Shown: positions 40,372 through 50,366, counted from the first letter of the stretch. The stretch: 64,000 nt of DNA from Thainema sp. (GCA_052168235.1 JBQLZK010000014.1:1-64000), one strand, 5' to 3'. Numbers and translations: made by a program. Notes: a model not told the origin generated them from the sequence alone.

Positions 40372-41088
40372 ATGTTAAAGCTTCTCACAAACCCGATTCA
40401 GTGGCGCTCACGCCTGCTCCGTCTTATTGGCCTAGTTGGATTTGCTGTCTTGACCCTACAGCTTTGGGCAACGCCAGCTTGGGCAACGGGAGTAGCCGAT
40501 ATTCCCACAGTTTCAGCCGGACAGCAAACGTGGGTTGTTGACCAGGCGAATCTGTTTAGTCGAATTAATCAAACCAAGATTGGCGATCAGCTAAGTGAGT
40601 TGGCTGAGCAAACTGGCAAAGAAGTCCGGATTGTTACCATCCATCGGCTGGACTATGGCGAAACGGCTGAGAGCCTGACCAATAAGCTGTTCGACGCCTG
40701 GTTCCCCACGCTGTCTGAGCGCTCCAATCAGGTTCTTCTGTTTATTGACGACGTAACGAACGGCGTGGCGATTCGCACGGGCGAGAGCGTGAAGTCTTTG
40801 ATGTCCGACGATATTGCTGATAGCGTGGCACAGGAAACCGTGATGGTGCCGCTGCGGGATGGCAATCGCTATAACCAAGCGTTTCTGGATGCTACGGAGC
40901 GAATGGTTGCAGTTCTCTCGGGCCAAGAAGACCCAGGCCCACCGATTGTCGAAGACAATATTAACGTCGAAGGTACGTTTACACGGGCGGAAGACACAGA
41001 CGACTACACATCAACGATTGTTGTCGTGGTGCTGCTGCTTGCGGCGACCGTGATTCCGATGGTGACGTATTACTGGTATGTTCGGTAG
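40372..41088 (+). CDS. psb32: TPM-domain photosystem II repair protein Psb32
   Basis: VTIHRLDYGET, VLSGQEDPGPP, C-terminal TM ending ATVIPMVTYYWY. Confidence 0.88.
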   Translation: MLKLLTNPIQWRSRLLRLIGLVGFAVLTLQLWATPAWATGVADIPTVSAGQQTWVVDQANLFSRINQTKIGDQLSELAEQTGKEVRIVTIHRLDYGETAESLTNKLFDAWFPTLSERSNQVLLFIDDVTNGVAIRTGESVKSLMSDDIADSVAQETVMVPLRDGNRYNQAFLDATERMVAVLSGQEDPGPPIVEDNINVEGTFTRAEDTDDYTSTIVVVVLLLAATVIPMVTYYWYVR

Positions 41089-41320
41089 TTTGGCGTTGGT
41101 TCAGTACTGAGTACTAACCTTTGTCGCTATTACCGTCACCTACAAGCAGCCTTTAGAAAATTTAGTATCAAAATAATTCGATCTTTAGAGGGATAGGCCC
41201 GAAATGCCTGTTCCTCTTTTTATTGCTTTCATCATGCATGTTCCCTTCAATCGAGGGATGGAAAAGCAGTCCGGATTTGCCATTGTTGAAGTCAATGTCT
41301 AGGCTGCTCAGTTTTCGAAG

Positions 41321-41479
41321 AAAGTGAGGCGGGAGGAGTAAGGAGTGAGGAGCCAAAGGGTTGTAAAGGCTGTAGAGGGTTGTAAAGGACTGTAGAGGGT
41401 AACAGAGATAGATTCGCTTCATCACATCATCACGCGACTACGCATCTACTCATCTACCCATCCACACCTACTCAGTACT
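41321..41479. repeat. Left arm of long inverted repeat flanking the USP gene
   Basis: 41345-41465 is the reverse complement of 42114-42234 with 6 mismatches by manual alignment. Confidence 0.9.
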
Positions 41480-41541
41480 CAGTCCTATATTCCTCCACAA
41501 CAGTTATTAAAAGTCGTTAAGAACCGAATTGGAATTGAATT

Positions 41542-42066
41542 ATGAGTTTTCAACGTATTTTAGTTGCCCTTGATCGGCATAGTTCTCTAGCAGAAGATGT
41601 GCTCAATCAGGCTGCTGATTTGGCTCAGGCTCAGTCAGCCCAGGTTTTGATTATGCACTGCCTGGATGCAGCTCGCCTGAGTGCGCTCAATCCTGTATCA
41701 ACCTATGCGCCAACGGCGAATCCAGTCAGTCCAGCTTATCCAATGGCGGGTATGGGGCTACAGCCCGTCGCGGCACCTCAACCGCTTGATCCAGAACAGG
41801 TGCCAAGCCAGCAGCAAGAACTTGAAGCTATCGATCAGTGGCTGGGTCAGCGTCAGACTCAACTCCGCGATCGCAGTATTCAGGTTGAAGTCGAACGCTG
41901 CTTTGGTCAGCCCAGCCACGAGATTTGCGATCTGGCAAAACGCTGGAACGCAGATTTAGTGGTCATCGGTCGTCGAGGTCACAGCGGTTTAACCGAAGCA
42001 CTCATGGGCAGCGTCAGTAACCACGTCGTGCATCATGCACCCTGTGCGGTTTTGGTTGTTCAGTGA
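41542..42066 (+). CDS. Universal stress protein (UspA family)
   Basis: FQRILVALD, G.PSHEIC, ADLVVIGRRGHSGLTEALMGSVSNHVVHHAPCAVLVV. Confidence 0.95.
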   Translation: MSFQRILVALDRHSSLAEDVLNQAADLAQAQSAQVLIMHCLDAARLSALNPVSTYAPTANPVSPAYPMAGMGLQPVAAPQPLDPEQVPSQQQELEAIDQWLGQRQTQLRDRSIQVEVERCFGQPSHEICDLAKRWNADLVVIGRRGHSGLTEALMGSVSNHVVHHAPCAVLVVQ

Positions 42067-42090
42067 GTTGGGGAAAAGTGTTAGGGAGTG

Positions 42091-42251
42091 AGTGCTGAGT
42101 AAGGGGTGGATGAGTGGATGGGTAGATGAGTAGATGCGTAATCGCATGATGATGTGATGAAGCGAATCTAGCCCTGTTAACCTCTACAGTCCTTTACAAC
42201 CCTCTACAGCCTTTACAGCCCTTTGGCTCCTCACGCCTCACGCCTCACTTT
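42091..42251. repeat. Right arm of long inverted repeat flanking the USP gene
   Basis: Reverse complement of 41321-41479. Confidence 0.9.
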
Positions 42252-43324
42252 TAAAGCCGAAAAATATCCATCAGAATCTCATGCTCCTGAACGCGTCGCT
42301 TCGGATCGGGGGAATCGTACACCACGAGCAGCCCGTCTGGTTGCTCCAAGCAGGAACAAAGCGCTAGGCCCTCGGCGTTATCCTGACCCAGGTTGAAGGG
42401 CAGCGTAAACACCAGTTCTAGATATTTAGAATCCTGGTCGGTCACGGTTTCGGTGTCGCAATTGAGCGGGTTGTGCCAGCGATAGAGCTGCATGGCCCCG
42501 GACAAGTCCATTGTGGGGCCAGCCAAAATTAGCAGATCATCATTGTGAAAGCAGAGTTCTCGAATGCCTAGACCGCCGAGATTGAAAAAGTGCTTGCGGT
42601 AGGGCTGCTTCTTGGGGCCAATGGGCTTGAGCGTCATGGTGCCCGATTCGTCGGCTTCTACTTCCAGCTCTAAGATGATGGCCCAACCGCGCAGTACTGG
42701 CCCCCGTAAGCCGAGATAGATGCGATCGCAACTTACCGCCAAGCCTTCAATATCCAGGCCATTGTCTTTGCTGGGCAACTGGCTAGACACAATTGATCCC
42801 AGATGAGCATCTTCACAGAGCGCATCCATTAGCACATTGCCCTGATCAGAGGTTTTGAGAGCGCCAGCTGCGATCGCATCATGTTTCGAATTGGGGCGAT
42901 CATACGCTTTGTACAACTTGCCATCCACAAACGGGAGCCGCATCAGCATAAAGCGATTCGCATCCGTCTTAATTTTGCTGAGGGCTTTGATATCCTTTTC
43001 AACATCTTTTCCCTTGGGCTTGCCTCGCTTCGTGCTGTGAGAACCAACCACCCACAAATACGGCTCCGAGTAGTCCATCCCCTCGATGTCGATTTCGTCC
43101 TCTAGATTAAATAAATCAATATAGTCTTTGAGGTGAACGGTTTCATGGTTGCCATAGATGCAAGGCTCGATGGGAAACAGCCTCTCCAAGGTGCGAAACT
43201 CGTCTGACCCGACCCATAAGCTGCCATCGGGCGTAAACGCAGCGGCTGAGAGTTCATTCAGCAAATCGTCGTCATCATCACCGAAGCGGAGTAGGACTCG
43301 GCTGAGCAAAAACGGATCAGGCAT
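42251..43324 (-). CDS. DUF3616 family protein
   Basis: LWVGSDE, EIDIEG, GSHS.KR, KDNGLDIEGLA, GLRGPVLRGWA, LILAGPTM. Confidence 0.8.
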   Translation of the reverse strand: MPDPFLLSRVLLRFGDDDDDLLNELSAAAFTPDGSLWVGSDEFRTLERLFPIEPCIYGNHETVHLKDYIDLFNLEDEIDIEGMDYSEPYLWVVGSHSTKRGKPKGKDVEKDIKALSKIKTDANRFMLMRLPFVDGKLYKAYDRPNSKHDAIAAGALKTSDQGNVLMDALCEDAHLGSIVSSQLPSKDNGLDIEGLAVSCDRIYLGLRGPVLRGWAIILELEVEADESGTMTLKPIGPKKQPYRKHFFNLGGLGIRELCFHNDDLLILAGPTMDLSGAMQLYRWHNPLNCDTETVTDQDSKYLELVFTLPFNLGQDNAEGLALCSCLEQPDGLLVVYDSPDPKRRVQEHEILMDIFRL

Positions 43325-43363
43325 AGGAAATAAAAAATTCAGTTCATTTAAGGGTGATATGTG

Positions 43364-43466
43364 ATGTGAAATCCGGTTGAAAACCCATTATTTATTTTTT
43401 GTGAAATGCTTGTTAAGCAAGCATTTCACAAAAAATAAACAGGGTTCTTACACACGGATTTGATAT
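43364..43466. mobile_element. About 103-bp miniature element with TIRs and an internal 22-bp-arm palindrome
   Basis: atgtgaaatccg...cggatttgatat ends; palindrome at 43391-43439. Confidence 0.6.
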
Positions 43467-43467
43467 G

Positions 43468-43510
43468 AGTAGTAATTTTGTCTGAGCTCCGCCCACACAA
43501 AATTACTACT
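43468..43510. repeat. Inverted repeat, 14-bp arms
   Basis: agtagtaattttgt ... acaaaattactact. Confidence 0.65.
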
Positions 43511-43684
43511 TGTTAAGAATCACTCGTCTAGTTTGACAAGCGTTTAGAAATTTCGCATCTCTCTAGAGAATATTCATGACTTGCTGAATCTCCACGCTGT
43601 CTCTGAAGTAGAGCAGTATGATTGGATAGTTGGACAAGCATTCGAGCCTAAACCCTAATCCGGATGCGGTATTACCTCTAAACC

Positions 43685-44071
43685 ATGTCTAAAAAAATTT
43701 TGATTGTTGACGACGAACCCCATATCCGGATGCTGATCGAGCAAACCCTGGAGGATTTAGAAGACCAGGATGTTGAGCTGTTGTTGGCAACGAATGGTCA
43801 AGAAGCGCTGGACATCATCCGGGAAGAAGAGCCACAGTTGGTATTTCTAGACGTGATGATGCCGCAGATGAACGGGTTCGAGGTATGCCGCACCGTCAAG
43901 CATGATCTGAACCTCAGCGATATTTACATTGTTATGCTGACGGCTAAGGGGCAGGAGTTCGACAAGCAAAAGGGGCAAGAAGTCGGGGCCAATCTCTACA
44001 TGACCAAACCCTTTGACCCCGATGATTTAATTGACAAATCGATTGAGGTTTTGGGTTTAGAACCCATTTAA
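43685..44071 (+). CDS. Single-domain response regulator (CheY-like)
   Basis: ILIVDDE, FLDVMMPQMNG, LTAKG, TKPF. Confidence 0.95.
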   Translation: MSKKILIVDDEPHIRMLIEQTLEDLEDQDVELLLATNGQEALDIIREEEPQLVFLDVMMPQMNGFEVCRTVKHDLNLSDIYIVMLTAKGQEFDKQKGQEVGANLYMTKPFDPDDLIDKSIEVLGLEPI

Positions 44072-44454
44072 TTACCTTGTTCTAATGCCGCCACTCGCGA
44101 CTCTAAAGCTCTGAGATCCTCTCTCAGTTCAATGGCCAGGGTTGCCAGATTGTCGAACTGCTGGTCTAGGGACAAATATGCGCCTGAAGCGGATGGTGAT
44201 GTAGATGGTAAAGGTTGGGTAGGTTGCATGGGTTGCGATCGCGCTGTAGACGATAACCGACTCAGCTCAGCCTGCACCATTCTCAGCTCATACTCTAGGC
44301 TGTTCACTCTGGACTCCAAGCGAATATTCGCCCGACCAGGAGCTGCAATCAGAAATCCCCAGATACAGCTAGTGAGCAGGATTAATCCAATCATCCGCTG
44401 CCAAATACGAGATGATTTTGGTAGAAAACGAAAAGAACGACGATTCATAGCCAA
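44068..44454 (-). CDS. Hypothetical exported coiled-coil protein
   Basis: N-terminal hydrophobic segment; FDNLATLAIELREDLRALESRVAALE. Confidence 0.7.
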   Translation of the reverse strand: MAMNRRSFRFLPKSSRIWQRMIGLILLTSCIWGFLIAAPGRANIRLESRVNSLEYELRMVQAELSRLSSTARSQPMQPTQPLPSTSPSASGAYLSLDQQFDNLATLAIELREDLRALESRVAALEQGN

Positions 44455-44497
44455 ATCATGGATTGTTGTAGCGATGTATTATGCTCGGTTTCTTCCT

Positions 44498-44528
44498 GTA
44501 GGTTGGGTTGAGCAACGCGAAACCCAAC
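44498..44528. repeat. GTAG-foot REP
   Basis: gtaggttgggttgagcaacgcgaaacccaac, identical in inverted orientation to 12561-12591. Confidence 0.8.
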
Positions 44529-44632
44529 AAAGCCAACGGTTTGCCAAGTTCCTGCGTAACCTAACCCAAAAACGCCTCACGCCTTACTCCTCACGCCTCA
44601 CTTCTGTGTTGGATTGACGAAGGAGATCCAAC

Positions 44633-45997
44633 CTACAAAACTGCCTGCTGCGGCACCGAAAGCGGCTGATTCTGAAAATCAGGGTGCTGAGCATCGACTT
44701 GATGCGCTTTTTTGACAATGCGGGGAAAAAAGCGGCGCACCAGCCAGAGCTGCCGGAAGATCTGCTGCGGGTCGGCCAAATGGGTCGTGGGTAACTTCTG
44801 CCCCAGTTCTTTAAACACTAGGCCCAGCGGCACGTTGATTTCATCCTGTAGTTTCAAGTATTCAGCAAACATCGGTGCATAGGCCGACATCAGCGACCCA
44901 ACGCCGCCCCGCGCCTGCCCCCAGCCGATGTAGTAGATGCCCTTGTAATCGGCCAAAAATGATCCGGCGTAGCACTGCACCGTTGCGCCCTTGATCCGCT
45001 GGAGTTCTGGCGGCAAAAACGGATAGGCGACGTGATAGCCTGTGGCGCAGACAATCAGATCAAACTCTTCCGCTGTACCGTCAACGAACTCGACCTGCTG
45101 ACCATTGAGCCGCTTGACGCCGGGTTTGGGCGTAATTCGCCCATGCTTGATGTAGTAGGGCACCTCATTATTCAGCGTCGGGTGCTTTTCAAAAATACGG
45201 TAGTTGGGCCGCTCCAACCCGTAGCGCTCGTGTGGGCCGAAGGTGAGCTGCACGATTCCATAAGCTAGCCAGCGCTGTAGCCGCTCTGGCATCCACCATT
45301 TGATTAAATCGGCAACGGGTTTACCTATGAACGACTTGGGAATAAACCAGACCGATTCCCGCATACTCAGCACCGATTTTGCCGCGACTCGTCCGGCCTC
45401 AGCCGCCACGTCGCAGGCCGAGTTGCCGCCGCCGATGATTAGCACTCGCTTGCCGCGTAGCTGGTCAGGATGCTTGTAGTCCTTCGAGTGGATGATTTCG
45501 CCCGCGAATTCACCGTCAAACGCTGGAAAGCGCTTGCTCCAGTGGTGACCGTTGCAGAGCAGAACGCCTTTGTAGAGCCGCTGCTCACCGTTCGCCAACA
45601 TGACGAGCCAGTGATTATTTTCGACAGGTCGGACATCTTGTACCTTGCAATTGAGCTGGATGTGCGATCGCAACTCAAAGTGATCGGCAAAGCTCCACAG
45701 ATAATCCCGCATTTGCTTGGCACTGGGAAAATCCGGGTAGTCGTCCGGCATTGGGAAGTGGGTAAACTGGGTGATTTTGCGCGACGAGATAATGTGAGCC
45801 GTGGTGTAAACGCCGTGGTACCAGTTGCCGCCGATATTGTCGCTGGCGTCAACTTGGTCGTAGGGAATGTTGGCTGCTTTCAGCGCTTGGGCCAGTCCTA
45901 AACCGACAAACCCGGCACCGATGATCAGGTGCTTGTTAGTACAGTCCTGAACTGGGCGATCCTGGAGGTGAGGGGCAACCAGGGAGCTAGTGTTCAC
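44633..45997 (-). CDS. Flavin-containing monooxygenase
   Basis: IIGAGFVG, IGGNW, F.GEIIHSKDYK, IGGGNSACD, CATGY. Confidence 0.92.
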   Translation of the reverse strand: MNTSSLVAPHLQDRPVQDCTNKHLIIGAGFVGLGLAQALKAANIPYDQVDASDNIGGNWYHGVYTTAHIISSRKITQFTHFPMPDDYPDFPSAKQMRDYLWSFADHFELRSHIQLNCKVQDVRPVENNHWLVMLANGEQRLYKGVLLCNGHHWSKRFPAFDGEFAGEIIHSKDYKHPDQLRGKRVLIIGGGNSACDVAAEAGRVAAKSVLSMRESVWFIPKSFIGKPVADLIKWWMPERLQRWLAYGIVQLTFGPHERYGLERPNYRIFEKHPTLNNEVPYYIKHGRITPKPGVKRLNGQQVEFVDGTAEEFDLIVCATGYHVAYPFLPPELQRIKGATVQCYAGSFLADYKGIYYIGWGQARGGVGSLMSAYAPMFAEYLKLQDEINVPLGLVFKELGQKLPTTHLADPQQIFRQLWLVRRFFPRIVKKAHQVDAQHPDFQNQPLSVPQQAVL

Positions 45998-46808
45998 GTT
46001 GCTGCATTCTCCGCATGATGAGGGTACTGATCCAGTTTAAGAACTGTGGCGAATATCGGAGTAAGACATAGCTACTGCGAGCCATCCGATCGGGGAAAAC
46101 GTGCAGTTTTTCGCGGGCAATGCCCTGGAGAGTGGCCGCCATCACCAGGGCCGGATCGGTCGCCATTTCGGCGGGGAAGCCCTTCATGCCCTTGGCCAGA
46201 GAGCCAAACCGCTCAGACTGCAAAATTGGTGTGCGGCTGAAGTAGGGATACACCGCTGTTACCTTGACGTTGTAGCGGGCAACTTCCTGGGCTAACCCTT
46301 CGCTGAATCCCCGCAGCCCAAACTTACTGGCTCCGTAGTGGGCCATCCCTGCCGGAGCCGTCCAGCCTGCCAGCGAGGAAATATTGACAATGTGTCCCTG
46401 TCGCCGCTTAATCATATCGGTCATAAACAGTGTACTCAGCCGCATGGGAGCCAGCAGATTCACCTGCATCAGCCGTTCCCACTTCTCGCTGGGAATTTCG
46501 TCCATTCGACCATAGAGGCCAATGCCAGCGTTGTTGATTAGGATATCCACAGGCTGATTCAGTTCTTTGACTTGCTGGTAGATGCGATCGCACCCTTCCC
46601 GCGAGGACAGATCCGCCGCTAAATAAGCAATCACCTCACCCGTTGAAACCTGGGTTTGGATTTCCTTCACCTGCTGCTGGAGGCGATCGGCATCTAGGTC
46701 GGTCAAAATTAATCGACTGCCCGCTGCCAGCAGGAGACGAATTAGCTCCTGACCAAAACCACCTGCTGCTCCCGTTAACAGTACGACTGCTCCATTAAAC
46801 TGCGTCAT
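45987..46808 (-). CDS. Short-chain dehydrogenase/reductase
   Basis: TGAAGGFG, NNAG, YGASK; overlaps the FMO start by 11 nt. Confidence 0.95.
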   Translation of the reverse strand: MTQFNGAVVLLTGAAGGFGQELIRLLLAAGSRLILTDLDADRLQQQVKEIQTQVSTGEVIAYLAADLSSREGCDRIYQQVKELNQPVDILINNAGIGLYGRMDEIPSEKWERLMQVNLLAPMRLSTLFMTDMIKRRQGHIVNISSLAGWTAPAGMAHYGASKFGLRGFSEGLAQEVARYNVKVTAVYPYFSRTPILQSERFGSLAKGMKGFPAEMATDPALVMAATLQGIAREKLHVFPDRMARSSYVLLRYSPQFLNWISTLIMRRMQQREH

Positions 46809-46968
46809 CTTAAACCGCCTAACCTAACAACTTTGATAAAAGCTCATTGTCTAACATGAGCCATCCAAGGTAGATGCCCCCTACCGGGTTAATTTTATTG
46901 CGCGATCGCAATATTCCAGGCTGGAGGGTTTACCATTAAAAATCTGCTCTGACGACCCCCCATGCCTC

Positions 46969-48813
46969 ATGCAGCCACTGTGGAAACAAGTACACGCCTG
47001 GACAGAAGCCGCTGTTTTTAATCTAGAGACAACCGATTTCCTGCTCCGACAAGCGACAGCTAAGCTAGCAGCGGTTTATCATGCAGACTGCTTATTATGG
47101 GCTGGTTTTGCTGCTAATCAAGGCCAGCGAAAATCGATACAGGTCTTTACGTGCGATCGCGTTGCTGAAGCGTTGCAGCAGACGGGGCAGTTCACGCTCT
47201 CCATGACGCAGCCAACGTTGATGCACAGCCCTACAGCAAGCGTTCAGGATATTACCTGCTTAACCCCCGTCCAGTTGCCTACTGTGATCCAGCAGCTCCA
47301 GCGGCAGCCCCAGCTGTTGCGTCTGCCGACTGGTGATTTAGTTGTGCCCTGGATTAGTGGCGGGCATACGGCTCTGCCCAATGTGTCTACACTCCAGTTT
47401 GTGCTTCAGCTTCAGCGTTCGCCCCGTCATCTTCCCAGTCAAAGTGCGATCGCAGATTCTGTGCCTTCTCGATTGCGCAGTTTATCCAGCATCCCCACGT
47501 CGCAGACGGCTCAATCCGGAGCTGATTTTCAATTTGATGGGAGCGCCATTGGCCAGCCAATTCGATCCGTCGAAGCGCTCAAGCCCTGGACTACAGAAGA
47601 GATTCGATCGCTAGAAATCATTGGTAAGTCGCTGATCCTGGCCTATCAGTCGCTGTTCTGGCGGGAGCGGCTGGAGCAGTCGCGGCATCGAACGGCCCTG
47701 GTGGGTCGCGTCACCCAGTTAATCAACTCTCGGCTCAATCCCAGTCAGGTAATTCAGCGCTTAGTCGATGAGCTGGGTCAAGATGTGCGCTGCGATTGCC
47801 TGGTGCTGCTGGATATGCGCGGCTCCGACGCGCGGCAACTGGCCGCATGGACGGCTAGTGATGCTGATACTGCTGAGGTGTCGGATGTGACTCAAACAGC
47901 CCGTGCGGCTGATCCGGCTGACGATAGTACGTTTGATACCACGAGTTCGACTCCACTCACCTTCCCTTCAGAACCGACAGCGCAAGCTCTCTGGCAAGAC
48001 GTGATTGATATGTTCACGCAAGGGGGCGCGTCCTATCTGGAACTGGATTTAACTCAGCCGCAGATGACGGATTTGTCCGACTGGCTCAGCCAACTGGGAG
48101 CCGTTAAAGTACTAATCGTTCCCCTGTTTGTCCAAACTGAGTTTTTTGGCTGCTTTGTGCTGCTGTCTCAACAGCCGCAGGCATCCTACCCGCTGGAGCA
48201 ACTGCAAACGATCCGTCTGGTGGCTGATCAAACTGCGATCGCACTGATCAATGCTCGCTACTACGTCAGTTCTCCCCATCAAGATGCGCTATTGTTTGCC
48301 GACTATTCCGCTCCAGACGGCAATCAGGACAGCTTGACGGGCTTATTGAATCGCCATGCCCTCAATCAAGAACTGGATAACCTGAGTACCCCCACCCTGT
48401 GGGTGATTCAGCAGCCCTTTGCCATCCTGCTGGGCGACCTAGACTATTTTCAAATGGTGAATGACACCTACGGTCACAGCATTGGCGATGAGATTTTGCA
48501 GGAGGTGGCAGAGCGAATGCGATCGCAACTCCGCCACGGCACATCTGCCTATCGCTACGGCGGCGAAGAATTTGTCATCCTGCTGCCCGATACTCTGCCG
48601 CATGCCGCACTTGATGTCGCCGAACGCCTACGACGCAGTATTCAATCCCATCCGTTTGCCACCTCCGCCGGAGACGTAAAAGTCACCATCAGCTTTGGTA
48701 TTGCCTATCAAGATCCAGCCATCGATACTGACGCATCCACCGTCATGCAGCGAGCCGAACAGGCACTAGAAATGGCCAAATACCAAGGCCGCGACTGTGT
48801 CGTCACCGTCTAA
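46969..48813 (+). CDS. GAF-domain diguanylate cyclase
   Basis: DSLTGLLNR, VNDTYGHSIGD, RYGGEEF, VTISFG; preceded by GAF-like regions. Confidence 0.9.
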   Translation: MQPLWKQVHAWTEAAVFNLETTDFLLRQATAKLAAVYHADCLLWAGFAANQGQRKSIQVFTCDRVAEALQQTGQFTLSMTQPTLMHSPTASVQDITCLTPVQLPTVIQQLQRQPQLLRLPTGDLVVPWISGGHTALPNVSTLQFVLQLQRSPRHLPSQSAIADSVPSRLRSLSSIPTSQTAQSGADFQFDGSAIGQPIRSVEALKPWTTEEIRSLEIIGKSLILAYQSLFWRERLEQSRHRTALVGRVTQLINSRLNPSQVIQRLVDELGQDVRCDCLVLLDMRGSDARQLAAWTASDADTAEVSDVTQTARAADPADDSTFDTTSSTPLTFPSEPTAQALWQDVIDMFTQGGASYLELDLTQPQMTDLSDWLSQLGAVKVLIVPLFVQTEFFGCFVLLSQQPQASYPLEQLQTIRLVADQTAIALINARYYVSSPHQDALLFADYSAPDGNQDSLTGLLNRHALNQELDNLSTPTLWVIQQPFAILLGDLDYFQMVNDTYGHSIGDEILQEVAERMRSQLRHGTSAYRYGGEEFVILLPDTLPHAALDVAERLRRSIQSHPFATSAGDVKVTISFGIAYQDPAIDTDASTVMQRAEQALEMAKYQGRDCVVTV

Positions 48814-48857
48814 CATGCAGCCTCTTTAAAATTCTTTGTGGCCCTGTCGCTCTCTAA

Positions 48858-48938
48858 AGGGCGAATGCTATTCGCCCCTACTTATCCCTCGACACTTCTA
48901 CAGCCTACCCACCCATCCACTCATCCACCCATTCACCC
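48858..48938. repeat. REP hairpin followed by 8-mer (ccatccac) repeats
   Basis: agggcgaatgctattcgcccctac; cccacccatccactcatccacccattcacc. Confidence 0.7.
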
Positions 48939-50366
48939 CTAAACCCCCTGACTCCGCACATACTTGCGAATCGTTGGCTGTAGCGTAAAACAGGTATTAT
49001 TATCCTGCTTGACCGTCTCAATCATTGAGCGTCGCCCTAAAGATTCCAGCGCCTGTAGCAGTTCTGACCAGGGCGCATCGGCCTGAATGCCTTGGCGAAG
49101 TTCTGATAGCGTAGCAGGCTGATCGGTGTGGCCCAGCCAGCAAATGATTTCCTTTTCCAGCTCGGATAATCGCTGAAACTGCTGGTGTAGCAGATAGCTA
49201 AAATCGCCCAGAAACAGCGTATTTTGGTCTAAAAACTCGGTGACGCTGCCGCCAAACAGCTCATGAATCGTCGTTGCAACCACCTTCAGCGCTAAGGGAT
49301 TGCCTCGATAGGGATAAATCAGTTCTTCCCAGGCTGACTCATCCGCTAATTCCCGTTCAGCCAGTAATAATTTTGCGTCAGTACCTAGACCTTTGACAAC
49401 GTGCGATCGCACAGGACTCGTTTCGCCCTCCATCACCGCCACCGTCGCCAACTTATCCCAGCTCGTCAGCAGCACACAGCTTTGGTGAGCGACCTCCCCC
49501 ATCCGCCGGAACAGATCATCATAGTCCTCATAGCCAGCTTGATAGCTACCCGCAAACTTACCTTCACTTAAGATGGCCTGCACATCCTCTAGCACCAGCA
49601 AACACCGATGCCGCTGGAGGCATTCCATTAGCTTTAGCAGTTGTCCATCCACCGAAGCGTTCTGCTCCGCCGCTTCCGACCTGCCGAGCAGAACGCTGAG
49701 GATATCTGCTAACAAATCAGTCAGCATTGGCGCATTGTGTAGCGATCGCCAAACAATATAGTCAAACTGGTCTTGCACATCATCCGCCAGCTTAGCGGCT
49801 AGCGCTGTTTTTCCAACGCCCCCAATTCCCAAGAGCGCTACCAACCGACAGCGATCCTTCAGAATCCACTGCTTCAGCATGGCTAGCTCTTGCGTCCGAC
49901 CATAAAACGCTTCTAGATTTGGCTTGCCGTCCCAACTGTACCGATTGCTTTTGCTGTCTGCGGGGGCCGTTTGCGAAGATTCGGTAACGCTACCGTGATC
50001 GGCTGGTTTGGGCACATCCAGCTTAAGTGGACTGTTGAGCCGATAACCGGCTCGCTCCATCAAGATTGCAACCCGGCTCCAGTCCTTAACCCGTGCCTGC
50101 TGCTCTGCATGACGCATCAAAAATTCTTCAATGTAACGGTAAAGACCCTTGGACAAATAATTACGGACGGTGTCACTGGCTACATGGCATCGTTCAGCAA
50201 TCTCATTTGGACTGTATCCACAGAGTAATCCCCGTAAATACTGCTTCTCAACGGGAGTCAGTCCTTTACCTTTGGCTGAACCTAAATCGGTGTACAGCCG
50301 TTCCAAGTTCCAAAGTTCAGCTGCTTCAGCAAATTCAAGATCGGGTGAGCCTGTGGATGGAGCCAT
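48939..50366 (-). CDS. N-terminal HTH + NB-ARC/STAND ATPase without C-terminal repeat sensor
   Basis: LRGLLCGYSPNEIA..TVRNYLS HTH; FYGR, GIGGVGKT, LLVLED, GNPLALK; ends after the winged helix. Confidence 0.85.
   Translation of the reverse strand: MAPSTGSPDLEFAEAAELWNLERLYTDLGSAKGKGLTPVEKQYLRGLLCGYSPNEIAERCHVASDTVRNYLSKGLYRYIEEFLMRHAEQQARVKDWSRVAILMERAGYRLNSPLKLDVPKPADHGSVTESSQTAPADSKSNRYSWDGKPNLEAFYGRTQELAMLKQWILKDRCRLVALLGIGGVGKTALAAKLADDVQDQFDYIVWRSLHNAPMLTDLLADILSVLLGRSEAAEQNASVDGQLLKLMECLQRHRCLLVLEDVQAILSEGKFAGSYQAGYEDYDDLFRRMGEVAHQSCVLLTSWDKLATVAVMEGETSPVRSHVVKGLGTDAKLLLAERELADESAWEELIYPYRGNPLALKVVATTIHELFGGSVTEFLDQNTLFLGDFSYLLHQQFQRLSELEKEIICWLGHTDQPATLSELRQGIQADAPWSELLQALESLGRRSMIETVKQDNNTCFTLQPTIRKYVRSQGV

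Noticed and set aside
41168..41425. 85-aa ORF next to the USP gene, and ORFs 24464-24667, 19519-19704, 26430-26633
   Set aside because: Largely translated tandem repeats with no RBS or domain evidence.
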